NCBI GenBank assembly: GCA_963711505.1
Contig: CAVQEJ010000003.1
Coordinates: 781,564 to 845,563, forward strand
Length of the DNA: 64,000 nucleotides
From: an uncultured Acidobacteriota bacterium
GTDB taxonomy: Bacteria > Acidobacteriota > Vicinamibacteria > Vicinamibacterales > CAVVIG01
Direction of reading: 5' to 3'
Position numbers and translations under genes: made by a program. How positions within the stretch are numbered: the first letter of the stretch is position 1; every line of letters starts with the position of its first letter. Below, piece after piece: positions 51,698 to 63,653 of this stretch. The notes under the pieces are model-generated. The model ran no database searches. It saw only the letters and a list, made by a program, of their open reading frames with translations, and was not told where the DNA came from.

Positions 51698-54100
51698 GGG
51701 CGATCGGCAGGCGCCGGGCTGGCCCGGCATTCCGGCGCGGTGGACGTCGAGTGCGAAGAGCGGGATCGGCACGTCGCTGAACGCGGTGAGTCGCGTCTGG
51801 TTCACGCTCAGCCACGGCATCCTGAACGAGATCTACTTTCCGCGCATCGATCGCGCGTGCACGCGCGACTGCGGCCTCGTCGTCACCGACGGCCAGACGT
51901 TCTTCTCCGAGGAGAAGCGCGACACGCTGTCGCGCACCGAGCCGTTCGCGCCGGGGGTGCCGGCCTATCACATCGAGAACACGTGCAGCGAGGGGCGGTA
52001 CCGCATCGAGAAGGACGTCCTGGCCGATCCGCGCCGGCACGTGGTCTGGCAGCGCATCCGGTTCACGCCGCTCCAGGGCACGCTGGCCGACTACCGGCTG
52101 TACGTCATCCTGTCGCCGCACCTGGGGAACCAGGGAGCCGGCAACTCCGCCTGGGTCGGCGACTACAAGGGCACGCCGATGCTCTTCGCCCAGCGCGACG
52201 CGCTCGCCATGTCGCTCGCGTCGTCGGCGCCCTGGCGCAGCCGGTCGGTCGGTTTCGTCGGCGTGTCGGACGGCTGGCAGCAGCTGCACGCGCATCGCAT
52301 GCTGCCGGAGACCTGGGATCGGGCGGACAACGGGAACGTGGCGCTGACGGGCGAGATCGATCTCGAGGCGTGCGGCGGCGAGGTGATGCTGGTGCTCGGC
52401 TTCGACACCAACGCGCAGGAGGCCGGCCAGCTCGCGCGCTGGAGCCTGGACGAAGGCTTCGACGCCGTGCGGGACGCCTACGTCGGAGAGTGGCAGCGCT
52501 GGATCGACTCGCTCGCGCCGCTCGGCCGCATGCCGGAGCGCCGGCGCGAGCTGAATCACATCAGCGCCATGGTCTTCAAGGTGCACGAGAGCAAGCCGCT
52601 GCCCGGCGGCCTCATCGCCAGCCTCTCGATCCCCTGGGGCGACACCAAGGGCGACCTGGACCTGGGCGGCTATCACCTCATCTGGCCGCGCGATCTCGTG
52701 GAATCGGCCGGCGGGCTGCTCGCCGTCGGCGCGCCGCATCGCGTGCGCGACGTCCTGGAGTTCCTGCGCGTGACGCAGGAGGCCGACGGGCACTGGCCGC
52801 AGAACATGTGGCTCGACGGCACGCCGTACTGGAACGGCGTGCAGATGGACGAGACGGCCTTTCCCATCCTGCTGGTGGATCTCGCCGAGCGTGAGGGCGC
52901 GATCAGCGCCGACGAGGCGCGTGCGCACTGGCCCATGATGAAGCGGGCGGCGGCCTTCCTCGTGCAGCACGGCCCCGTCAGCCAGCAGGATCGCTGGGAG
53001 GAGGATCCCGGCTACTCGCCCTTCACGCTGGCCGTCGAGATCGCCGCGCTGCTCGTGGCCGCCGACCTGGCCGCCGACTGCGGCGAAGCCGATGTCGCGG
53101 CCTATCTCAGCGAGACGGCCGACGCGTGGAACGACAGCATCGAACGGTGGATCTACGCGCGCGACACGTCGCTCTGCCGCGCGCACGGCGTCGATGGCTA
53201 CTACGTGCGGATCGGATCGGTGGACGGCGCCTGCGCCTCGTCGCCGCTGCACGGCTTCGTCCCGATCAAGAACCGTCCGCCGGCGTCGAGCGAGGCGGAG
53301 GCCGATCTCATCGTCAGTCCCGATGCCCTGGCGCTCGTCCGCTTCGGGCTCCGCGCGCCCGACGACCCGCGCATCGTGAACACGGTCAAGGTCGATCGAT
53401 GCCCTGCTGAAGGTCGAGACCCCGAACGGACCCGCCTGGCATCGGTACAACGACGATGGGTACGGCGAGCACGCCGACGGCCGTGCGTTCGACGGCACCG
53501 GGATCGGCCGGGCCTGGCCCCTGCTGACCGGCGAGCGGGCGCACTACGAACTGGCCGCCGGGCGGATCGAAGAGGCCGAACGGCTCGTCCGGGCGATGGA
53601 GGCCTTCGCCGGCGATTGCGGCCTGCTGCCCGAGCAGGTCTGGGACACCGAGGCCGTGCCGGCGCGCGAGCTGTTTCCGGGCCAGGCCTCGGGGTCGGCC
53701 CGTCCGCTCGTCTGGGCGCACGCCGAGTACGCGAAGATCTGCCGCTCGCTCGCCGACGGCCGGATCTTCGATCGGCCGCCGCAGACCGTGCAGCGCTATC
53801 TGAGCGGGCACGCCCCGGAGCACGTGCGGATGGTCTGGCGCTTCAACAACAAGATCCGCACGCTGGAGCCCGGACGCACGCTGCGCATCGAGACCCCGGC
53901 GCCCGCCGTCGTGCACTGGGGCCTGGACGACTGGACGGACGTCAGGGACACACCGACCCGCGACGCCGGCCTCGGCGTCCACAGCGCCGATTCTGACGAC
54001 CGCGGCGCTGACCATCGGCCGGACGGTCGTGTTCACGCTGTTCTGGCCCGGGGAGCACCGGTGGGAAGGAACCGACTTCCGCGTGAGCGTCTGCGGGTAG
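51690..54100 (+). CDS. GH15 glucoamylase / glucodextranase-type glycoside hydrolase; 2 frameshifts (~53394, ~53990)
   Basis: GIPARWTSSAKSGIGTS...VWFTLSHGILNEIYFPRID is a bacterial or archaeal GH15 N-terminal domain. Catalytic region: YHLIWPRDLVESA...QDRWEEDPGYSPFT. After the shift: IDALLKVETPNGPAWHRYNDDGYGEH...GSARPLVWAHAEY. The final segment ...TAALTIGRTVVFTLFWPGEHRWEGTDFRVSVCG ends at TAG 54098-54100. Confidence 0.8.
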
Positions 54101-54134
54101 GAGCGGTCCGGGGGCCGTGCGGCCCGCGCGCCGC

Positions 54135-54824
54135 TTACCGGGGACCCCTGCCCGGCCGCACCGGCTGGCGGAAGCCGAAGACGACGTAGGCGTACGCCTC
54201 CGCCGGATTACCGTCGAGGCGCGCCGGGCGGAATCGCCACTGCTTCGCGGCCGCCACCGCACCGGCGTCGAACCCTGAGCCCGCTCCCCGGACATCCGCC
54301 GCGTCGACCGTGCCGTCGGCGCCGACGTGGACCTCGACGACCACGCGCGCGTCGCCCACCGCCTGCACCGGATACATCGGCGTCACCGTTGACATGGCGT
54401 ACGGCGCGTCGGCCGACGGCGCGCCCAGCCGGCGTGGCTGCTGGCCGAGCGTCGGCGCGTTGTAGAGGACCGGCGGCCGATAGACGATCGCCACGAAGAC
54501 GACGGCCGGGACCGGCCGATCGTGGCTCGTGGCCGGCTTGAACGTCCAGCCCTTCAGGGCGCTCGTCACGGCCTCGTCGAAGCCGGGCGTACTCTCGAGC
54601 AGCGTGACACCGGTGACGGCGCCGGCGGCGTCCACGTTCAGGTCGGCTGTTGCCTGTTCCCAGCCGACGACCGTGGTGGACTGGACCGGCAGGGGGCCGC
54701 CGGCCAGACGTGCCGGTTCGTCGGCGGCCGCCGGCCGCGCCGGGAAGACCAGGACGGCCAGCACGAGCAGCCAGGCGCCGATCGGCAGACGAGGGTGCGC
54801 GGGACGGGTATGGGATGACCTCAT
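54135..54824 (-). CDS. Secreted protein with two TonB-C-like (energy transducer C-terminal) domains
   Basis: Start ATG 54824. Signal peptide LPIGAWLLVLAVLVFPARPAAA. Two repeats of the pattern ...V.V...G.V......S.G.FD.A...A...W.F.PA...G.P.... Confidence 0.6.
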   Translation of the reverse strand: MRSSHTRPAHPRLPIGAWLLVLAVLVFPARPAAADEPARLAGGPLPVQSTTVVGWEQATADLNVDAAGAVTGVTLLESTPGFDEAVTSALKGWTFKPATSHDRPVPAVVFVAIVYRPPVLYNAPTLGQQPRRLGAPSADAPYAMSTVTPMYPVQAVGDARVVVEVHVGADGTVDAADVRGAGSGFDAGAVAAAKQWRFRPARLDGNPAEAYAYVVFGFRQPVRPGRGPR

Positions 54825-55030
54825 GGCGGAACCGTAACCGGCTGCTTCGATTGTGTCGTGGGCTCCGCGCGGCGTCAACGGGTTGCGGGCCCTGCGGCAG
54901 GTTCGTGCATGACGCGCGCCAGCCGGCCGGGCCAGGGTGGCGGTCGGCCGGCGGGGTACGTCAAGATAGGAGCGGAAGAGGCCGGGCGTGCGCCCGGCTC
55001 CGATGGACACCCGTATTTCCGCTTCGTACG

Positions 55031-55981
55031 ATGACCAACAAGCTCGTGCAGACGCTCGCGCCAGGGCTCGGCTACCTCGACCTCAACTTCCTCGACTTTC
55101 CGGGCGTCATCGCGACGGCCGTGCTGCGCAGCGACGAGGGGATCGCGCTCATCGATCCCGGCCCCTCGTCCACGCAGGCGGCGCTGCGGGCGGCGCTGGC
55201 GTCGACCGGCGCCGAGGTGGCGGATATCCGCGCGATCCTGCTGACCCACATCCACCTGGATCATGCCGGCATCACCGGGACCCTCGTCCGCGAGAATCCG
55301 GCCATCGAGGTCTACGTGCACGAACGCGGCGCGCCGCACCTGTCGAGCCCGGAGCGGCTGCTGAGCAGTGCGAGCCGGCTCTACGGTGCCGACATGGACC
55401 GGCTGTGGGGGCGGTTCGAGGCGGTGCCGGCGGGGAATCTGCGGTCGCTGGCGGGCGGGGAGACGATTCAGGTCGTCGGCCGGCGCCTGGATGTCGCCTA
55501 CACGCCGGGCCACGCGTGGCATCACGTGAGCTATCTGGACCGCGATACGCGCGTCGCATTCGCCGGCGACACCGCCGGTATCCGCCGGCAGGACGGCTTC
55601 CTGGTGCCGCCGACGCCGCCGCCCGACATCGAGCTCGACACGTGGCGGGAGAGCGTGGCCCGGCTGCGCGCGTGGCATCCGTCGACGCTGTTCGTGACGC
55701 ACTTCGGCCCCTCCGAGTCGGTGGAGGCGCACTTCGAGGAGTTCCTGTCCCGGCTCGATCAGGCTGCGGACCTGGCCCGTCAGTCGCTGGCGCGCGAGGG
55801 CAGCGACGAGGCGCGGTCGGCGTGGTTCGCCGAGCAGATGCATCGCGAGCTGCTGCGGGCCGTGCCCGACGCCGATGTGGCGAGCTACGAGGCCGCCGGG
55901 CGCCTCGACCTGAGCTGGCTGGGGCTGGCGCGCTACTGGCGCAAGGCGGCCGAGCGGGCGGCGTCCGCTCCGTCGAAGTGA
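55031..55981 (+). CDS. MBL-fold metallo-hydrolase
   Basis: ILLTHIHLDHAG (HxHxDH motif), ...TPGHAWHHV..., ...FAGDTAG... Intact. Confidence 0.8.
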   Translation: MTNKLVQTLAPGLGYLDLNFLDFPGVIATAVLRSDEGIALIDPGPSSTQAALRAALASTGAEVADIRAILLTHIHLDHAGITGTLVRENPAIEVYVHERGAPHLSSPERLLSSASRLYGADMDRLWGRFEAVPAGNLRSLAGGETIQVVGRRLDVAYTPGHAWHHVSYLDRDTRVAFAGDTAGIRRQDGFLVPPTPPPDIELDTWRESVARLRAWHPSTLFVTHFGPSESVEAHFEEFLSRLDQAADLARQSLAREGSDEARSAWFAEQMHRELLRAVPDADVASYEAAGRLDLSWLGLARYWRKAAERAASAPSK

Positions 55982-55992
55982 AGGACCACCGC

Positions 55993-57702
55993 ATGCGTCT
56001 CGCCCTGGCGCAGTTGAACTTCACCGTCGGCGCCTTCGACGACAATTTCGATCGGATGCGCGACGCCATCGCGCGCGCCCGCGAGGCCGGCGCCGATCTC
56101 GTCATCTTCTCCGAGATGGCGGCGACCGGCTATCCACCGCGCGACCTGCTGACGCACGCGGGATTCGTGCAGGCCAACCTCGCGCTCGTCGACCGCGTGG
56201 CCGCCCTCACCGACGAGGATCTCGGCGTCGTGGTGGGCTTCGTCGACCCCAACCCCTCGAGCGAGGGCAAGGGGCTGTTCAACGCGGCCGCCGTCTGCCA
56301 CCAGGGCCGGATCATCGCGCGCCGGTACAAGTCGCTGCTCCCCACCTACGACGTCTTCGACGAGGACCGGTACTTCGAGCCGGCCCGCGAGGTCGCGCCG
56401 GTCGAGTTCAAGGGCATCCGCCTCGGCATCACGATCTGCGAGGACGTCTGGAACGCGAGAGACTTCTGGCCCAGCCGGCTGTATCACCGCGATCCGGTCG
56501 ACGAGGTCGCGCGGGCCGGCGCCGATCTGCTGATCAACATCTCCTCGAGCCCGTTCAGCCTGGGCAAGCCGGCCCTGCGCCGCGACATGATCCGGCAGGA
56601 GGCCCTGAAGCACGGGCGCTACTTCTTCTACCTGAACCAGGTCGGCGGCAACGACGAGCTGATCTTCGACGGGCACTCGCTCGGATTCGACCCGCGCGGG
56701 GAAGTCGTGCTCCGGGCGCGCGACTTCGACGAGGACTTCCTCCTCTACGACGTGCCGATCGGCCCAGGTGCCGCGGACGTGCCGGGCGCCGGGGCGCCGG
56801 GGACCGTGGCCGCCGTGAGCGCGTCGCGGGTCGAGGAGGCGTACAAGGCCATCGAGCTCGGCCTGCGCGACTACGTGCACAAGTGCGGCTTCGAGGATGT
56901 CGTCGTGGGGCTCAGCGGCGGGATCGACTCGGCCCTGACGGCGGCGCTGGCGAGCGGGGCGCTCGGGCCCGAGCGCGTGCTCGGCGTCTCGATGCCGAGC
57001 CGGTACTCGTCGGAACACAGCCGGCGGGATGCCGAAGCGCTCGCGCACAACCTGGGGATCCGCTACCGGTCGATCCCGATCGACGGCGTCTTCGGCGCGT
57101 ATCTCACGGCCCTGGCGCCGGCCTTCGAAGGCTGCGAAGAGGACGTCACCGAGGAGAACATCCAGGCGCGCATCCGGGGGGCGGTGCTGATGGCGCTGGC
57201 CAACAAGTTCGGCGCCCTGCTGCTGTCGACCGGCAACAAGTCGGAGCTGGCCGTCGGATACTGCACGCTGTACGGCGACATGGCCGGTGGCCTCGCGGTC
57301 ATCAGCGACGTGCCCAAGACGCTCGTCTACGAGCTGTCGCGGTTCGTCAATCGCGACGCGATCCGGATTCCCGAGTCGACGCTCACCAAGCCGCCCAGCG
57401 CAGAGCTCCGGCCGGGACAGACCGATCAGGACTCGCTGCCGCCCTACGACGTGCTCGATCGGATTCTCGAGGCGTACGTCGAGAAGAACCTCGACATCGA
57501 CGGGATCTGCGCTCTGGGGCTCGACCCGGCGGTGGTCCAGCGGACGATCCGGATGATCGATCGCGCGGAGTACAAGCGACGCCAGGCCGCGCCGGGCCTG
57601 AAGATCACCTCGAAGGCGTTCGGGGTCGGACGCCGGTACCCGATTGCCGCCGATTATCGGGCGGTGAGGCGGACCCGCGCCGTCGAGCCGGTCAAAGGCT
57701 GA
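55993..57702 (+). CDS. nadE: Glutamine-dependent NAD+ synthetase (nitrilase-like domain plus NAD synthetase domain), intact
   Basis: MRLALAQLN...FSEMAATGYPPRDLL...ITICEDVW is the CN-hydrolase domain. VVGLSGGIDSALTAALA is the SGGxDS P-loop. ...STGNKSELAVGYCTLYGDMAGGLAVISDVPKT. Confidence 0.9.
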   Translation: MRLALAQLNFTVGAFDDNFDRMRDAIARAREAGADLVIFSEMAATGYPPRDLLTHAGFVQANLALVDRVAALTDEDLGVVVGFVDPNPSSEGKGLFNAAAVCHQGRIIARRYKSLLPTYDVFDEDRYFEPAREVAPVEFKGIRLGITICEDVWNARDFWPSRLYHRDPVDEVARAGADLLINISSSPFSLGKPALRRDMIRQEALKHGRYFFYLNQVGGNDELIFDGHSLGFDPRGEVVLRARDFDEDFLLYDVPIGPGAADVPGAGAPGTVAAVSASRVEEAYKAIELGLRDYVHKCGFEDVVVGLSGGIDSALTAALASGALGPERVLGVSMPSRYSSEHSRRDAEALAHNLGIRYRSIPIDGVFGAYLTALAPAFEGCEEDVTEENIQARIRGAVLMALANKFGALLLSTGNKSELAVGYCTLYGDMAGGLAVISDVPKTLVYELSRFVNRDAIRIPESTLTKPPSAELRPGQTDQDSLPPYDVLDRILEAYVEKNLDIDGICALGLDPAVVQRTIRMIDRAEYKRRQAAPGLKITSKAFGVGRRYPIAADYRAVRRTRAVEPVKG

Positions 57703-57872
57703 GCTGGCAGGCGCAACTGCCGGGCATCAGCCTTGCTAGCATCGGTGCCGTCGGTGCCGCGGAGGACATCGACCACTGGAAAGCCGGCCATTTTCAAGGC
57801 ATCAGTGCGGGAGCGGGTGTCGGGATGCCGCGGCTGGGCTGAAAATCTCCAGCGCGAGCCGTGGAATATTTC

Positions 57873-58253
57873 ATGTCGCATGGGCGGAGCATACTCATCG
57901 TTGATGATGAGGCACTGGTCAGATGGTCGCTGGGTGAGGCGTTCCGGGCGGCCGGATTCGAGGTCAGCGAGGCCTCGGACGTCCGGTCGGGGCTCGAGCG
58001 GGTCGCGTCGGGCAATGGGCTGGATGCGGCGCTGCTCGATTGCCGATTGCCGGATGCCGACGGCCTGACGCTGTGCGGGGCGATTCAGCGGGAGCGGCCG
58101 GGCTGCCTGTGCCTGATGATGACGGCCTTCAGGACCCCGAATCTGGCGCATGAAGCCGAACGTCTGGGCGCCCGGGGCGTGCTCGACAAGCCGTTCGACG
58201 TCGAAGAGGTGGTCGCGGAGGTCCGTCGCTACCTGGATGAGCTGCGAGGGTAG
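57873..58253 (+). CDS. Stand-alone receiver-domain response regulator
   Basis: ILIVDDEALVR...AALLDCRLPDADGL...MMTAF...LDKPF. Start at ATG 57873. Confidence 0.8.
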   Translation: MSHGRSILIVDDEALVRWSLGEAFRAAGFEVSEASDVRSGLERVASGNGLDAALLDCRLPDADGLTLCGAIQRERPGCLCLMMTAFRTPNLAHEAERLGARGVLDKPFDVEEVVAEVRRYLDELRG

Positions 58254-58395
58254 CCAAGACCGTGTGAAAGCCCCCTGCCGCGACCTGTAACTCTGTCCCT
58301 TCCTGCGTCGTATTCGCCTACAGGACAGGAATTTCCCGGGTGCCTTGCGCCCAATCCAAGAATTCGGACTTTCGCCGCCAAATAGACTCGTACTC

Positions 58396-59779
58396 ATGCC
58401 CCGTCCGCTTCCGACCGTCCTTGTCGTTGACGATGAAGAGCTCATCCGCTGGGCCCTCGACCAGAGCCTGACGCAGGCTGGATACCGGGTGCTGCAGGCG
58501 GCCTCCGGCCGTGAGGCGCTGGAGCGCTGCAGCAGCGACAGCGTCGACGTCGTCATTCTCGATTACCGGCTTCCCGACTGCGACGGCCTGCAGCTGCTCA
58601 AGCAGATCAAGGACATCGATCCCGAAGTGCCGGTGATCCTCCTGACGGCCTTTTCGTCGGTCGAGCACGCGGTCGAGGCGATGAAGCAGGGGGCGTACCA
58701 CTACGCGAACAAGCCGTTCAACCTGCAGGAAGTGCTGCTGCTGGTGGAGAAGGCGCTCGAGGCCCACCGGCTGCGCCGCGAGGTGCGGGCGCTGCGCGCG
58801 ACCCAGGGGGCTCCCCACAGCGTCGACCGCCTGATTGGGGAATCCCCGGCCATGCAGGCGGTCAAGAGCCTGCTGCGGAAGATCGCATCGGGGCCCGCTT
58901 CGACGGTCCTGCTGACGGGCGAGACCGGCACGGGCAAGGATTCTGGCGGCCAAGGCGATTCACTACAGCAGCGACCGGACCGCGTCGATGTTCGTGAACA
59001 TCACGTGTTCGGCCCTGCCCGAGGCGTTGCTCGAGAGCGAGCTGTTCGGCCACGAGCGCGGCGCCTTCACCGACGCGCGGCAGCAGAAGCGGGGCCTCCT
59101 CGAGATGGCGGGCGGGGGCACGGTATTCCTCGACGAGATCGGGGAGATGCCGCGTTCGCTGCAGGCGAAGCTGCTCCGGTTCCTCGAGGAGAAGACGTTC
59201 CGGCGGGTGGGGGGCCTCAAGGACGTCTCGGTGGACGTCCGCGTGGTGGCGGCCACGAACCGCGACCTCGAGCAGGCGGTCCAGGACGGCCGCTTCCGGG
59301 AGGACCTGTATTACCGGCTCGGGGTGCTGCCGGTCACGATGCCGCCGCTGCGCGACCGCGCCGGCGACGTCACGCTGCTGGTGAGATACCTGATCGACAA
59401 CTTCAACCGCGAGTTCGGCAAGCACGTGCAGAGCGCGTCGGCCACGGCGCTCAGCCAGCTCGAGGCGCATCACTGGCCCGGCAACGTCCGCGAGTTGAAG
59501 AACGCCGTCGAGCGGGCCATGCTGCTCGCCGAGGGTGAGACCCTGACCGTGGACACGTTCGACACGATCGTCGGTCGGTCGGCCGGCTCGCAGATCTTCC
59601 AGCTGCCCGCGAGCGGCGTGAACCTCGAGCACCTCGAGCGCGACCTCGTCAGCCAGGCGCTGCAGCGGACCTCCGGGAGCCGGACCCGCGCGGCGGCCCT
59701 GCTCGGTCTCAACCGCGACCAGATCCGGTATCGCATCGAGAAGTTCGGCCTCGAGGTCGGCGGCCGGCGCGAATCCTGA
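58396..59779 (+). CDS. Sigma54-dependent Fis-family response regulator (NtrC-type: REC + AAA+ + HTH); +1 frameshift near 58941
   Basis: VLVVDDEELIR...ILDYRLPDCDG. Walker A LLTGETGTGKD, then frame of ORF 58988..59779: ESELFGHERGAFTDA (GAFTGA-like), RVVAATNRDL, WPGNVRELKN, and C-terminal Fis HTH AAALLGLNRDQIRYRIEKFG. Confidence 0.85.
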
Positions 59780-59953
59780 TCGCGCCGGCGCCGGTCCGGG
59801 CCTCCCGCTCCGGCCCGCAGCGCTCCTCCTCCCACCTGTCCGACTCCAGTTCCAGCGATTACTGCCGATTGGTACCGTGGACGGATCCGGTGTCGGCTGG
59901 CGACACCGCTGGATGGCCGCACGGGCGGCCGACCATGGACCTGTGGGCGCCTC

Positions 59954-60535
59954 ATGAAGCTCTGGATGCACGACGAACGAGGAACGACGGGCGGCGTACG
60001 GCTGGTCGTATGCCTCCTGATCGTGACGTTCATCGTCCTGGCCGGCGTCCGGAGCCGGGCCCAGGTCACCACCGACGGCTGTGCGGGAGACCACGCGGCC
60101 TTCCTCTACACCATCGCGCAGTTCGTGCACTGGCCGTCCGGGCACCCGCAGCAGCCGCTCGTCATCGGCATCCTCGGTGACGATGCGCTCGTGGCGGTGC
60201 TCGGGCAGACCGTGCACGGCCGGACGATCGACGGCCGGCCGGTGGTCGTCCGCCGGCTGAGCGCGGCCACGCAGATTCGCGACTGTCAGCTGGCGTACAT
60301 CGGGACGGCCGATCCCGCCCTCCTGCGGACCGTGCTGACGGCGGCCGCCGATGCCGGTGTGCTGACCATTTCCGCCATGCCCGGCTTCGAGGCGATGGGG
60401 GGCATCGTCCACCTGATCTCCGGCGGCAGCCAGTGGCGGTTCGTCATCAACTACCGGGCGGCCGAGCGCAGCGGCCTCTGGATCAGCTCGGAGGTGCTGA
60501 ACCTGGCGGTGGCCGAGGTGAGCGGCGAACCATGA
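59954..60535 (+). CDS. YfiR/DUF4154-family periplasmic protein
   Basis: Signal or anchor segment, then AAFLYTIAQFVHWPS...LVIGILGDDAL...CQLAYIG...GVLTIS...GGIVHLISGGSQWRFVINYRAAERSGLWISSEVLNLA. ATGA overlap with the downstream kinase. Confidence 0.7.
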   Translation: MKLWMHDERGTTGGVRLVVCLLIVTFIVLAGVRSRAQVTTDGCAGDHAAFLYTIAQFVHWPSGHPQQPLVIGILGDDALVAVLGQTVHGRTIDGRPVVVRRLSAATQIRDCQLAYIGTADPALLRTVLTAAADAGVLTISAMPGFEAMGGIVHLISGGSQWRFVINYRAAERSGLWISSEVLNLAVAEVSGEP

Positions 60536-63500
60536 GGCCGACGCCCTGGCGGGACTGGTCGCTCCGGTCGAAGCTGCGGCTGCTGATCATGACGGCGACC
60601 AGCGTGGCGCTGCTCATCGTCGGCCTGGCCGTGCTGACCGTCACGCGGATGCACTACCGCACCGCGCTGGCCGACGACATGACGGCCGTGGCGAACATCG
60701 TCGGCACCAGCAGCACGGCCGCGGTCGTCTTCCACGACCACCGGACCGCCGCCGGGATCCTCCGCACGCTGGTGGCGAAGCCCCACATCGAGGCCGCGGC
60801 GCTGTACGACGCCGAGGGGCAGCTGTTCGCCGTGTACCAGCGCACGCCGGTGAGCCCCGATGCGGTCCCGGCGCATCCGGGGCCGGAAGGCGTCCGGATG
60901 CAGGGCAACGCGTTCGTCCTGGTGCGGCCCCTGCGCGTCAACGGCGCGCTGGTCGGCACGCTGTACCTGGGGAACGACCTCGGCGCGCTGCGCGGCGGCC
61001 TGATCCGGTTCGGCATCATCGTGCTCGTGGCCATGGGGTGCGCCTGGACCGTGGCGCTGATCCTGTCGGCGCGGCTGCAGCGCGTGGTCTCGGACCCGGT
61101 GCTCGCGCTCGCCGACACCGTCGAGCGGATCTGCCGCGGGAAGGACTACGGGGTGCGCGTCGAGGCGGACGCGCACGGCGAGATCGGCGTGCTCGTCCGA
61201 TCGTTCAACGAGATGCTCGGACAGATCGCCGACCGCGATCGCAAGTTCCAGCAGCAGCAGGACGACCTGGAGGAGATGGTCGCGGTCCGCACGTTCGAGC
61301 TGGAACGCGAACGCCAGCAGCTCCGGCAGATCGTGGCCAACGCCCCGGTGGCCATGGCGATGTTCGACCGGAACATGCGCTACGTCACCTATAGCCGCAA
61401 GTGGCTCACCGACTATCACCTCGAGGGACGCAACATCATCGGCCGCAGCTACTACGAGGTCTTCCCGGAGACGTCGGCCGACCAGATGCGGCTGCACCGG
61501 CGGGCGTTGAGCGGGGAAGAGCTGGCGAGCCCCGAAGACGTGATGGAGCGGCTCGACGGCACGCGGCTGTACCTGCGCTGGGCCATCCACCCCTGGTACA
61601 CGCCCGGCGGGCGAAGTCGGCGGCATCGTCGTCGTCACCGACATCATCAACGAGCTCGTCGAGGCGCGCGAGGCCGCCCTGGAGGCCTCGCGGCTGAAGT
61701 CGGACTTCCTGGCGAACATGAGCCACGAGATCCGGACACCGATGAACGGCATCATCGGCATGACCAAGCTCGCGCTCCAGACGAGCCTCTCGCTGGAGCA
61801 GCGGCAGTACCTCGACACGGCCATGGTCTCGGCGGAATCCCTGCTGTCGGTGCTGAACGACGTCCTGGACTTCTCGAAGATCGAAGCGGGCAAGCTCGAT
61901 CTGGAGGCCATCGAGTTCGACGTGCGCAACACCCTGCACGACGCCGTGAAGCCGGTGGCGATGCGTGCGGACGAGAAGGACCTCGAGCTGCTCTGCCAGG
62001 TGGCCCCCGACGTGCCGGCCGTGCTCGTGGGCGATCCCGGCCGGCTGCGCCAGGTCGTCCTGAACCTCGTCGGCAACGCCGTGAAGTTCACCGACGCGGG
62101 CGAGATCGTCGTCCGGGCGGAAATGGCCGAAGCGCCCGAGGGACGGGGCGTTCTTCATGTGTCCGTGTCGGATACCGGCATCGGCATTCCACTCGAGAAG
62201 CAGCGCCTGATCTTCGATCCGTTCGCGCAGGCCGACGGATCGACGACCCGCCGGTACGGCGGCACGGGGCTGGGGCTGGCGATCTCGGCCAACCTGGTGG
62301 CCGTGATGGGCGGCCGCATCTGGGTCGACAGCGAGCCGGGCCACGGCAGCACGTTCCACTTCACCGTGGCGCTCGAAGGCCGACCCGGCGCGGCCGAGGG
62401 GCCGGGCTCGAAGCCGATTGCCGCGCTGGAAGGCGTGCGGGTCCTGATCGTCGACGACAATGCCACCAGCCGCGGCCTGCTGGCCGACACGCTCGGCGCG
62501 GCGGGCCTCAGTCCCGTCGTCGCCGAGGACGCCCAGACGGCGACTGCGCTGGCGACCGAGGCCAACGAGGCCTGGCGCCCGTTCGCCGTGGCGCTGGTGG
62601 ACGCACGGATGCCGGGCGCCGACGGCTTCGAGACCGCCAAGCATCTGCGCAGCGGCAACGCCCAGGCCGGCGCCGTCATCATGCTGCTCGCCCAGTCGCA
62701 CGGGCCCACCGACGTGCCGCGGTGCCGGGAGGCCGGGGTGGCCTCGTACCTGTTCAAGCCGATCCGCGAGTCCGAGCTGCTGCACACGATCGCCGTCATG
62801 CTCGGGGCGCCGCTCGTCGCCGTGCCGCCGCCGGTGGAGACCCCGGCCGTCGCTCCGGTGGCCCAGGCCGCCGGCCTCAGCATCCTGCTCGCCGAGGACA
62901 ACCCGGTGAACCAGGCGCTGGCCGTCCACCTGCTCGAGGACGAAGGGTACCGCGTGCAGGTCGCGGGCAACGGGCGGGAAGCGGTGGAGCGGCTGGCGGG
63001 CGGGTCGTTCGATCTGATCCTGATGGACCTGCAGATGCCCGAAATGAGCGGCCTCGAGGCGACGGCCGTCATCCGCGAGCAGGAGCAGGGCACGGAACGG
63101 CACATCCCCATCATCGCGCTCACGGCGCATGCGATGAAGGGCGATCGCGAGCACTGCCTCGCCGCCGGCATGGACGAGTACCTGTCGAAGCCGATCATGC
63201 CGGATCAGCTCATGGCGACGATTCAGCGCGTGGCCGGCGGCGGCGCGCCGGCTCGGCGAGCCGGTCGCGGTCGCCTCCGGACAGGCCGATGCCGGCGTCT
63301 TCGATCTCGACGAGGCGCTGCAGCGCGTCCGGGGCGACCGGGTCATGCTCAGCCAGCTCGTGTCGATGTTTGACGAAGACGCGCCGGGCCTGCTGGCCGA
63401 GATCCGGGACGCGGCCGACGCGGGTGACGTCTCCCGGCTGACCCGGGCGGCGCACACGCTGAAGGGGTCCTGCGGGCTGCTGGCGGCACATGCCGCCCAG

Positions 63501-63653
63501 GAGGCCGCCCGACGGATCGAAGAATTCGCGCGTGAGGGTGATCTGGATCACGCCGCCGCGGCGTTGACGTCACTGGACGAACAGATCGCCCGGGTGATGC
63601 CGGAGCTCCGGCGAATCAGGACGGGATCGGGGGTGTCGTCGTGCGAATCATAG
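60532..63653 (+). CDS. Hybrid sensor histidine kinase (TM sensor + HAMP + PAS + HisKA/HATPase + 2 REC + Hpt); 2 frameshifts (~61610, ~63245)
   Basis: HAMP: [22 protein letters not shown]...[15 protein letters not shown]: [17 protein letters not shown]. After the shift, the H-box [18 protein letters not shown] and N/G boxes [25 protein letters not shown]. Two receivers (VLIVDDN...; [10 protein letters not shown]...[11 protein letters not shown]). The Hpt domain ([12 protein letters not shown]) lies in the frame of ORF 63345..63653. Confidence 0.85.
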
